A DNA stretch of 15,494 nucleotides from a virus: the IMG/VR virus record IMGVR_UViG_3300049448_000440; one strand, written 5' to 3'. Under the pieces are notes generated by a model that worked only from the letters and a program-made list of their open reading frames with translations, searched no databases and was not told the origin of the DNA. Each line of letters starts with the position of its first letter. Position 1 is the first letter of the stretch. A program made the position numbers and the translations under genes. Positions 1-6,017 of this stretch are shown here, piece after piece.

Positions 1-579
1 CATCAGCTCCTGCAGGCGGGCGCCGAGGATGGTCTTGCGGGCGCTGGTCAGGATCCCCTCGTGCGGGCCCGGGATCAGCAGCACGGTCTCGGAGTCGACC
101 TCGTCGTTGCCGTCGATCAGGACCGACCCGTCGCTGTCGAAGCTCCACAGTTCGGCGGGGACCCGCTCGACGCGCAGGATCCGTTTGCGGGCGTCGCGCT
201 CGCACGCCCACAGCGACCAGCCGCCGAACAGCAGGTCGTCGATGGTCCACGCCATCCGGTGCCAGGGCGACATCGTGCCGTCGGTGCGGGTAATCCACAG
301 CGGCTGCGGGTCGACGGCCTGGTCGACCGCGACGGCGCGCAGCGGCAGCCGGGCGATGGTGCCGACCAGCAGGTGCCGGGCCCGGGCGACCGCGGGGACC
401 TGCATGGCGGCCGCGCGGGTCAGCGGCCAGTTCTCGGCGTCGGCGCCGAACAGGTCGGCCCATACGATCCGGGACAGGTCACCGGTCGACCAAGGCGAGC
501 GGATCGCGGTCGGGCCACGCGGCGGCACCTGCAGCTCCTGAGCCGCCTGCACGAGCCTGAGCGCCGAACGCAACCCCAT
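1..579 (-). CDS. Portal protein, N-terminal part (continues across the circle junction into 14897-15367; about 349 aa in total)
   Basis: The minus-strand frame is open from ATG 579-577 to the window edge. Hand translation gives MGLRSALRLVQAAQELQVPPRGPTAIRSPWSTGDLSRIVWADLFGADAENWPLTRAAAMQVPAVARARHLLVGTIARLPLRAV...LLIPGPHEG. With offset 15367 this is in frame with ORF 14897..15451. The gene lies directly downstream of the large terminase. The start is uncertain because no clear RBS precedes it. Confidence 0.8.
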   Translation of the reverse strand, partial: MGLRSALRLVQAAQELQVPPRGPTAIRSPWSTGDLSRIVWADLFGADAENWPLTRAAAMQVPAVARARHLLVGTIARLPLRAVAVDQAVDPQPLWITRTDGTMSPWHRMAWTIDDLLFGGWSLWACERDARKRILRVERVPAELWSFDSDGSVLIDGNDEVDSETVLLIPGPHEGILTSARKTILGARLQELM

Positions 580-637
580 GAGGGGCAGCGTGTGGGTGCG
601 GGCCTCAAGGCGTCCACAACGGCGTCTGGCGGGATAT

Positions 638-2083
638 TTAGCGTCGGGGTCCGCGGATCGCGGGGCGGGTGTCGGGTGGCAGTTCGTCGACGGCGCCGAG
701 CGCGACGGTGCAGGCGATCAGCGCGGAGATGTCGGCGGTCGACGCGCGCCGGCCCCAGACCCAGCCGCCTTCGCCGATGCTGCGTTTGGCGGCGCCCTCG
801 ACGGCCTCATCAAGCGGGACCTCACCCTCGTGGCGCAGGGTGCGGTCGCCGATCTCGGCGAGCAGCTGCGCGCAGCGGGCCTGCATCTGGCGCATGTTCG
901 CCGGGGCGAGCTTGGGCCGCGGCGGCCGCCGGGACAGGGTCTCGGCCACGGCGATGTTCGGGCCGATGGAGTCGTAGGCGATCGGGGCGCGCAGCTTGGT
1001 CGACAGCTTCCGCAGAACGTCGGGCATCCAGGTGTGGCCGCGGCCGTGTTCCATCACCTTGAGGTGGCCGACGCCGGCGTCGTCGCGCCACACGCACACG
1101 ATGGAGGCGGCCGACCCGTCGGGGGCGACGTCGTAGCCGAGGACGCAGGTGCCGGGCGCCGGGCGCGGCACGCGGGTCTGCCCGGTGTAGCAGGCTTCCC
1201 AGGCGGCCGCGGAGATCACCCGTACCTGCTCGGTGGTGGGCCACATGCCGAGGTACTCGCGGGCGAACTTGGTGGGGTCCTCGTCGCCTTTCAGGTCGCG
1301 CCAGCGCTGGCGGATGATGGCCAGGGTGGTGAGGGTCCCGATGCCGGGGTGGGTGGCGAGCCAGACCTTCTCGTCGGCGGGGTCGGATCCGTCCTCGGCG
1401 GCGTAGTCGACGACGCCCCACCCGTCGGTGCCGGCGCGGCCGCGCTCGAGGCAGTGCCACAGCAGGCCGTCGCGGCGTTCGCCGGCGGTGCCGGCCACGA
1501 TCAGCTGCGCCAGGGGCTGGGTGTCGAACAGCGGCATGATCGCTTGGAACAGTTCGTCGGCGGCCTCCTGGTCCTCGACCTCCTGGGCTTCGTCGAACAA
1601 GACAGCGTCCTTGCCCTCGCCGCGGAAAGCCCCGGGGATCGGGGGGAACATCTCGATCCGGGATCCGGTCTCGGTCCAGGTGATGTGCTCGTTGCCGACC
1701 CCGCGGCCCACCTTGATGTGGGGCTGCCGTTCCAGGACGTCGGCCACCTTCATCAGCCGCGCCCGGGCGCGCTTCCCGGACTGCGCGGTGGTGATGACCT
1801 GGTATCCGGGGATCGTCTCGCAGCGGCCCACGAGCACGGCCCAGATCGACGTGGTCTTGCTGGAGCGCCGCGGCGCCTGGTCGACGACCTTGTCCCGGGC
1901 GGGCACCATCTGGCGGCCGCCGAGCCCACCGCGTTTGCGTGCCTCCAGGACGCGGGCGATCACCATGCCTTGCGGGGTCGGGTCCAGGTTCAGCAGCCGG
2001 TTGCCGGCGTTGAACGCCGAAAGGTCGACGCTGTAGCGGGCGGTGGCGGTTAGGTGTAGCGGCGTGGCGCGGGTTCGTCGCAT
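638..2083 (-). CDS. Terminase large subunit
   Basis: This is a 481-aa ORF. It has a Walker A-like APRRSSKTTS, a Walker B-like DAVLFDEAQ and a C-terminal nuclease-sized domain. Its position is upstream of the portal and downstream of the HNH gene. Confidence 0.9.
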   Translation of the reverse strand: MRRTRATPLHLTATARYSVDLSAFNAGNRLLNLDPTPQGMVIARVLEARKRGGLGGRQMVPARDKVVDQAPRRSSKTTSIWAVLVGRCETIPGYQVITTAQSGKRARARLMKVADVLERQPHIKVGRGVGNEHITWTETGSRIEMFPPIPGAFRGEGKDAVLFDEAQEVEDQEAADELFQAIMPLFDTQPLAQLIVAGTAGERRDGLLWHCLERGRAGTDGWGVVDYAAEDGSDPADEKVWLATHPGIGTLTTLAIIRQRWRDLKGDEDPTKFAREYLGMWPTTEQVRVISAAAWEACYTGQTRVPRPAPGTCVLGYDVAPDGSAASIVCVWRDDAGVGHLKVMEHGRGHTWMPDVLRKLSTKLRAPIAYDSIGPNIAVAETLSRRPPRPKLAPANMRQMQARCAQLLAEIGDRTLRHEGEVPLDEAVEGAAKRSIGEGGWVWGRRASTADISALIACTVALGAVDELPPDTRPAIRGPRR

Positions 2084-2097
2084 CGTCGCTGGTCAGC

Positions 2098-2289
2098 CTA
2101 GATATCTAACTGAAAGGGACGGCTGGCATGGGTTTCCACCTCTGCGTCAAAAACTTCCACGGTCACTCGAACATTCTTTCGATCGATGACCTCGGGGGCG
2201 AGGTGGCGTGGGTGCCGGCGACGCCAACGGCGCAGCCATCGGACCAGCAGCCACCCCGTCACTGCTCGTAGGTACGTCGCCTCGCTCAC
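2098..2289 (-). CDS. Hypothetical 63-aa protein (W/R-rich); coding status uncertain, sits where a small terminase would be
   Basis: A GTG start forms a GTGA overlap with the HNH stop. The 3' half lies in an unusually low-GC stretch (about 50% by hand count) with poor third-position GC. No recognisable domain was seen. Confidence 0.3.
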   Translation of the reverse strand: MSEATYLRAVTGWLLVRWLRRWRRRHPRHLAPEVIDRKNVRVTVEVFDAEVETHASRPFQLDI

Positions 2290-2531
2290 CAGGGCTTGAT
2301 ACCTGCCACGACACGGGCGCGGGCCTGGCGCCGGCGCTGGCCCAGCGCCTGACCCGCGCTCATGTTGCAGCGGGCGTGTGCCACGCCCAGGTTGGAGCGG
2401 CCGTTGCCGCCACCCACCACCCGCTCAACGAGGTGGTCCACGTGCCACACCATCTCGGAGGTGACGGTGCGACCGCAGCGTGAGCAGGGCAGGGGGAGCA
2501 GGGCGGCGAAGTACGCGCGCTCACGCGTCAC
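2286..2531 (-). CDS. HNH endonuclease
   Basis: The translation contains CSRCGRTV...WHVDHLVERVVGGGNGRSNLGVAHARCN, which gives the CxxC, H-N-H and HxxC elements. The chosen start is GTG 2531 with GGAG 10 nt upstream. In-frame alternative starts are GTG 2558 and GTG 2567. The long N-terminal extension of ORF 2286..2873 overlaps the upstream gene and was discarded. Confidence 0.8.
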   Translation of the reverse strand: MTRERAYFAALLPLPCSRCGRTVTSEMVWHVDHLVERVVGGGNGRSNLGVAHARCNMSAGQALGQRRRQARARVVAGIKPW

Positions 2532-2826
2532 CCGGCGGCCACTCCACCCCTTCGCCACGCCATCCACGATAGGTCTGGTCCCGCTCGATCTTGAGCCTTG
2601 ACGCCTGCAGCGACGCGGCCAGGTCGAGCAGCGCGGCGCGAGTGGTGCTGAGGACGGCGTGGATCTCGTGCGGGTCGCCCCGCTCGTGGGCCATCTCGGC
2701 GAGCGGGTACGTGAACGCATGGCCGGCGCCGTTGGCCAGGACGACGACGGCCAGGAGCGGCGGGTTCGACTGGTCCATCCACTGCTCGAGCGCGCGGAAC
2801 TCGCGCTCGATCCGCTCACGATCCAT
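2521..2826 (-). CDS. Hypothetical protein (101 aa)
   Basis: ATG 2826 gives MDRERIEREFRALEQWMDQ..., in frame with ORF 2521..2913. It overlaps the upstream gene's end by 11 nt. No recognisable motif was seen. Confidence 0.55.
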   Translation of the reverse strand: MDRERIEREFRALEQWMDQSNPPLLAVVVLANGAGHAFTYPLAEMAHERGDPHEIHAVLSTTRAALLDLAASLQASRLKIERDQTYRGWRGEGVEWPPGDA

Positions 2827-3493
2827 GGCTGGCTCGCAGCTGGCGGGACTCGGCGCGGCGGCACAGCGGGCACAGCGCCTGACCGTCTGGCAAGCGGCTG
2901 ACGACCTGGCCATGACGGCAGGTCGCGCGCACGCGTTCTTTTCCCTCTAGGTAGATAGGCCCCGGCGATATCGCCGGGGCTAGGCCCGGCACTTTCGCCG
3001 GGGACCCCCCGGCACTTTCGCCGGGGCTAGGCCCGGCAGATTCGCCGGGGTCAGCCCCGGCACTTTCGCCGGGGTTCATGCCAGCCCCGGCACTTTCGCC
3101 GGGGTCAGCCCCGGCGATATCGCCGGGGCTGCCTTGGCTATCTGGCCAGGTCACCTGCTGGTTTGGGTCTAGGTCGTCGTACAGCACGTACTCGTTCCAT
3201 CCGCGCCGTCCTGCTGGCCCGTTCTTCTCTGCCACCTGGAGGTAGCCACGTGCGATCAGCTCACGCTGAGCGTCGCGCCGGGCCTTGTCGCTGCTGCCGC
3301 CCATCGCCTTGTTGATGTCCGCGGCCGACCGCATCAATTGACCAGCATCGTTCGCGAGCCGGGACAACGCGGCGTAAAGCCGGAATGCACGGTCGCTGAG
3401 CTCGGGGTCTTCGATCAGGTGATTGCTGACGATGGTGAATCGGCTGTTCCGCCGGCGGACCTTGACGCGCCTGGCCTCGGCGGCCGTGGTCAC
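2816..3493 (-). CDS. Replication-initiator-like DNA-binding protein: N-terminal winged-helix/HTH, repeat-encoded linker, Cys/His C-terminal tail
   Basis: The N-terminus RFTIVSNHLIEDPELSDRAFRLYAALSRLAND resembles phage and plasmid replisome-organiser wHTH domains. The central region is a PGESAG repeat region. The C-terminus reads CRHGQVVSRLPDGQALCPLC. The start was taken as GTG 3493, which forms a GTGA overlap with the upstream stop. TTG 3502 is an alternative start. Confidence 0.6.
   Translation of the reverse strand: MTTAAEARRVKVRRRNSRFTIVSNHLIEDPELSDRAFRLYAALSRLANDAGQLMRSAADINKAMGGSSDKARRDAQRELIARGYLQVAEKNGPAGRRGWNEYVLYDDLDPNQQVTWPDSQGSPGDIAGADPGESAGAGMNPGESAGADPGESAGPSPGESAGGSPAKVPGLAPAISPGPIYLEGKERVRATCRHGQVVSRLPDGQALCPLCRRAESRQLRASHGS
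2960..3128. repeat. Array of seven 19-20 bp dyad-symmetric repeats CCCCGGC-N6-GCCGGGG (candidate iterons / origin)
   Basis: Copies lie at 2960-2979, 2985-3003, 3007-3026, 3032-3050, 3055-3074, 3085-3104 and 3109-3128. The two outer copies are the perfect palindrome CCCCGGCGATATCGCCGGGG. The inner copies have ACTTTC (x4) or AGATTC (x1) cores. Confidence 0.9.
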
Positions 3494-3702
3494 GACGCCC
3501 AACTCTCGATCAGCGCGTGCACCTCGGCGCGGTCGTAGCGGGGGCGTCGGCCTGGCGTCAGGTAGCGCCGGACCTTGCCCTCGCGGGCGTAGCGGTCGAG
3601 CGTGCTCGGGGTAACACGCAGGATCGCCGCGGCTTCTGTCCGGGTGATCCAGTCAGGTTCCGATGTGAGAGGTACTTTCGCTCTGTGTGCATCTGTGCTC
3701 AT
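3490..3702 (-). CDS. Small HTH DNA-binding protein (excisionase/MerR-like HTH_17 fold); Cro-like by position
   Basis: This 70-aa protein contains WITRTEAAAILRVTPSTLDRYAREGKV...YDRAEVHALI. It is divergent from the XRE repressor gene and is the first gene of the long minus-strand unit. Confidence 0.7.
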   Translation of the reverse strand: MSTDAHRAKVPLTSEPDWITRTEAAAILRVTPSTLDRYAREGKVRRYLTPGRRPRYDRAEVHALIESWAS

Positions 3703-3789
3703 GCTTGGTGACCGTATTCAAGCCTGAAGACTTGCGCAAGTATGCGTGGGTCTGCGTGTCGCTGCGCGTACATGCGTTAGGGTGGTGGC
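3703..3789. promoter_or_regulatory. Divergent switch region with candidate promoters and operators
   Basis: A 12-bp perfect palindrome ACTTGCGCAAGT lies at 3730-3741. TGCG(C/T) occurs at 3733, 3743, 3753, 3763 and 3773, an exact 10-bp phasing. The minus-strand candidate promoter is TTGCGC (3739-3734), a 17-nt spacer and TACGGT (3716-3711), 8 nt before ATG 3702. The plus-strand candidate -10 is TAGGGT (3778-3783), 6 nt before ATG 3790. Both genes therefore look leaderless or nearly so. Confidence 0.5.
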
Positions 3790-4104
3790 ATGACTTCAGT
3801 GGCGAAGCAGGACCCCATTGATGCCGTGATCGGCGAGCGGCTGCACACGTGGATGTGGCGCAACAGGATCAGCCAGGTCGACCTGGCTGCGCGTCTCGGG
3901 ATCAGCGGGCCCTCGATCGGGCGCAAGCTGCGCGGCGAGTCGGCCTGGTCGGCCGGTGAGCTGGCGCGCGCGGCCGCGACGCTGGGCGTGCCGGTGGGCT
4001 GGTTCTTCGGCGAGGCCGATGATGTGCGCCCGAAGGGATTCGAACCCCTAACCTTCTGGTTAGGAGTCTGTGAGCACGTCGACGACCTGGCGCTGGTCGC
4101 ATGA
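3790..4104 (+). CDS. XRE-family HTH repressor (cI-like), viral-form C-terminus ...DDLALVA
   Basis: This 104-aa protein contains IGERLHTWMWRNRISQVDLAARLGISGPSIGRKLRGESAWSAGELARAAATLGVPVGWFF, a classic HTH_3 pattern. It is divergent from the Cro-like gene and is the first gene of the operon ending in int. Confidence 0.8.
   Translation: MTSVAKQDPIDAVIGERLHTWMWRNRISQVDLAARLGISGPSIGRKLRGESAWSAGELARAAATLGVPVGWFFGEADDVRPKGFEPLTFWLGVCEHVDDLALVA
4025..4066 (-). other. 3' half of a tRNA-Arg(CCT) (positions 32-73); candidate attP common core
   Basis: The minus strand reads CTCCTAA CCAGA AGGTT AGGGG TTCGAAT CCCTT CGGGCGC A. These are the anticodon loop (U33, CCU, A37), 3' anticodon stem, variable loop, T arm, acceptor 3' strand and discriminator. 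No matching 5' anticodon stem, D arm or acceptor 5' strand lies upstream, so it is a fragment and not a gene. Confidence 0.7.
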
Positions 4105-4640
4105 GCGCGGATCTCGGTGACGAAAACCGGCACTGCGTCGAGTGCGGCCGCTACGTCGGCGCCCTCGAGGTAGCCAAGTACCTCAACGACGACACGGTCG
4201 AGGACCAGGTCGACGTGATCTGTAACGCCTGCTACGGCGCCGTGCTTGCCAGAGCTGGCGCTGGCGGCATGACGCTCGAGTGGGGACCGTCCTCGAGTGA
4301 CCTGGTCGACGTGGCTGCCGAGCTGAGGGCCTGGGCGGCCGGCTGGCTCCCTCAGATGGCGGCGGTGGAGTTCGTTCTCGGCGTCTATCCGAACCTGAGT
4401 CCGAACAGCTCGATGGTCAGAGAGCACGCCGAGGACGAGGGCGGCGGCTGGTACCTGGACCTCTACTGCGATGAGGAGATCTGGGAGGCCCGCACGGCCT
4501 ACATGTCTGGCGGCGAGCGGGCCACCTGGTGGCTCGCTCGGTCGCTCGCGAGGGGTGAGCTGGCCGAGCACTTCAGCCGACTGGACGCGCACCGGCGGCT
4601 CGCGTTCAGCATGGCGCTCGAGGTCTGGAACCTCGGGTGA
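4101..4640 (+). CDS. Hypothetical protein with N-terminal CxxC...CxxC zinc-ribbon-like motif (179 aa)
   Basis: Its ATG forms an ATGA overlap with the repressor stop. The N-terminus contains CVECGRYV...CNAC, and the C-terminal region is Trp-rich. No function was recognised. Confidence 0.6.
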   Translation: MSADLGDENRHCVECGRYVGALEVAKYLNDDTVEDQVDVICNACYGAVLARAGAGGMTLEWGPSSSDLVDVAAELRAWAAGWLPQMAAVEFVLGVYPNLSPNSSMVREHAEDEGGGWYLDLYCDEEIWEARTAYMSGGERATWWLARSLARGELAEHFSRLDAHRRLAFSMALEVWNLG

Positions 4641-4939
4641 GCGACCGCGGGCACATCACGTGGCCGGCGCTGCTCGATGCCGGGCTGACGCATGTGGACG
4701 TGCTGAACCGCGGTGTGCACGACGCGTCGGAGTGGGTGGTGCGCTCGCCGTCCGGGAACGCACTGGTGCGGATCCACCTGAACAGCCTCGAGTCGTGGTC
4801 CGTGGAGTGCTTCGTGCCGGCGGTCCATCACCCGGGCGCGTCGTCGAGCACGCTGGAGTGGCAGCTCGAGGACACGCGGACCTACCTCGGCGGACAGGTG
4901 ACACAGATGCTCGACGACGTCGCGGCGATCGTCGGCTGA
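4637..4939 (+). CDS. Hypothetical protein (100 aa)
   Basis: A GTG start forms a GTGA overlap with the upstream stop, and its own stop overlaps the int ATG (TGATG). No motif was recognised. Confidence 0.55.
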   Translation: MSDRGHITWPALLDAGLTHVDVLNRGVHDASEWVVRSPSGNALVRIHLNSLESWSVECFVPAVHHPGASSSTLEWQLEDTRTYLGGQVTQMLDDVAAIVG

Positions 4940-5796
4940 TGACGCTTGTGAGCATGACGATGACCGAGCCCACGCCGGCGTGGGACACAGAGATCGAAGC
5001 GTGGCTGATGACGCTGCGCGGCGCCGGACGGCGCCCAGCGACCGTCAAGGCCAGGCGGCAGCAGCTGCGGCTGCTCGCGCGGTGGGCTCGCGAGCGCGGG
5101 CCGTGGACGCTGAGCACCGACGACCTGCTCAGCTGGTGCGCGTCGCGCGACTGGTCGCGCGAGCGGCGCCGCTCCGTCCGCTCCGCGCTGCGCACGTTCT
5201 ACACGTGGGGTGTGCGCACCCACCGCATCCAGGACAACCCGGCGACCGACCTGCCGGCGGTGCGCGCGGCCGAGCCGCGGCCGAAGCCGTGTCCCGATCG
5301 CGTGCTGGCGGCCGCGGTCGCGGCCGCGCCGGCGCGTGACGTGCTGATGCTGAGGTTGGCGGCCGAGTGTGGGCTGCGCCGCGCCGAGGTCGCCCAGGTC
5401 CACACCCGCGACGTGTTCCCGGACCTGCTGGGCTGGTCCCTGCTGGTGCACGGCAAGGGCGGCAAGGAACGCGTCGTCGCCCTCGAGGACGACCTGGCCC
5501 GGGCGCTGCTCGCGCGGCCGCGCGGGTACGTGTTCCCGGGGAAGATCGACGGCCACCTGTCCGCGCGGTGGGTCGGCAAGGTCGTCCTGCGCTGGCTCGA
5601 TCAGGGCTACACGCTGCACAGCCTGCGGCACTGGTTCGCCACCACGACCTACCACGAGCAGAACGACCTGCTGGCGGTCCAGCAGGCCCTGGGACACGCC
5701 AGCCCGGAGACCACCCGGCGCTACATCAAGCTGCAGGACGACCGGGTGCGGGCGCTGGTGACGACGGCCTCAGCGCGGCTGCGGGCGATCGCGTGA
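4939..5796 (+). CDS. int: Tyrosine integrase (short XerC/D-like, 285 aa)
   Basis: Catalytic-type motifs are present: LRLAAECGLRRAEV (Arg), KGGKERVV (Lys), HSLRHWFAT (HxxR) and LGHASPETTRRYI (His...Tyr). The 441-aa ORF 4471..5796 was trimmed to the ATG at 4939, which overlaps the upstream stop. In-frame ATGs at 4954 and 4960 are alternatives. Confidence 0.9.
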   Translation: MTLVSMTMTEPTPAWDTEIEAWLMTLRGAGRRPATVKARRQQLRLLARWARERGPWTLSTDDLLSWCASRDWSRERRRSVRSALRTFYTWGVRTHRIQDNPATDLPAVRAAEPRPKPCPDRVLAAAVAAAPARDVLMLRLAAECGLRRAEVAQVHTRDVFPDLLGWSLLVHGKGGKERVVALEDDLARALLARPRGYVFPGKIDGHLSARWVGKVVLRWLDQGYTLHSLRHWFATTTYHEQNDLLAVQQALGHASPETTRRYIKLQDDRVRALVTTASARLRAIA

Positions 5797-5918
5797 AACA
5801 AAGTTCCAGAGTTTCAGGGGGTCGGCGAGGGATCTGGCACCTACAAGCCCATATGACCGCAACAGGCCACAGATCTAGAGATTAGGAGTTTGCGGGCACG
5901 AACGGCACCAAAGGGGGG

Positions 5919-5986
5919 AAGGGCCACGCCTTGCCCCCTATGAACGAGGGGGCAGAGGGCAGTGGCCCTTCCGGGATCGAACCGAA
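5919..5986. other. Nested 52-nt hairpin (5919-5970) abutting a tRNA T-arm-like motif on the minus strand (5962-5986)
   Basis: The outer 9-bp stem is AAGGGCCAC (5919-5927) / GTGGCCCTT (5962-5970). The inner 7-bp stem is GCCCCCT (5933-5939) / AGGGGGC (5947-5953) with the 7-nt loop ATGAACG. The minus strand of 5986-5962 reads TTCGG TTCGATC CCGGA AGGGCCA C, which looks like a T arm plus an acceptor-like strand. Confidence 0.5.
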
Positions 5987-6017
5987 CCGATGCAGATACC
6001 ACGATGGAGGATCACAG

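Noticed and set aside
420-617. 65-aa minus-strand ORF in the TerL-portal gap region.
   Set aside because: It is in a different frame from the portal (the portal frame has codon ends at multiples of 3), its sequence is Arg/Cys/Pro-rich, and it overlaps the better-supported portal N-terminus.
61-2053. Long plus-strand ORFs antisense to portal and terminase (29..541, 61..1062, 578..2053, 1428..2036). Similar antisense ORFs occur elsewhere (6640..7563, 7350..8192, 8129..9220, 10203..10898, 11379..13046, 13200..14000, 14032..14814).
   Set aside because: These are typical high-GC shadow ORFs. They are Arg/Gly/Pro/Ala-rich and low in complexity, lack RBSs, and lie opposite genes with clear homology-like motifs.
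2960-3128. The repeat array considered as a CRISPR array or a purely peptide-level tandem repeat.
   Set aside because: The spacers are only 3-10 bp and the array lies inside a continuous ORF, so it is not CRISPR. A pure peptide repeat is unlikely because the same DNA unit is read in two frames.
4025-4100. A possible complete 76-nt tRNA gene on the minus strand. The sequence GCGACCA at 4100-4094 partly complements the acceptor strand.
   Set aside because: No D arm is present, the 5' anticodon stem does not pair (ACAGA against CCAGA), and only 5 of 7 acceptor positions are complementary. It was therefore treated as a 3' tRNA fragment (att core) and not as a gene.
5770-5796. The integrase C-terminus ...ARLRAIA considered as a second ssrA-like degradation tag, as reported for Int in integration-dependent immunity phages.
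   Set aside because: The resemblance is weak (a hydrophobic Ala/Ile end only). I did not think it supportable from sequence alone.
5831-5875. Imperfect inverted GATCTGG / CCACAGATC pair and scattered GGCAC/GGCCAC words downstream of int, considered as integrase arm-type sites.
   Set aside because: The matches are too short and imperfect to distinguish from chance by eye. They are worth revisiting only if attP is shown to lie in this region.
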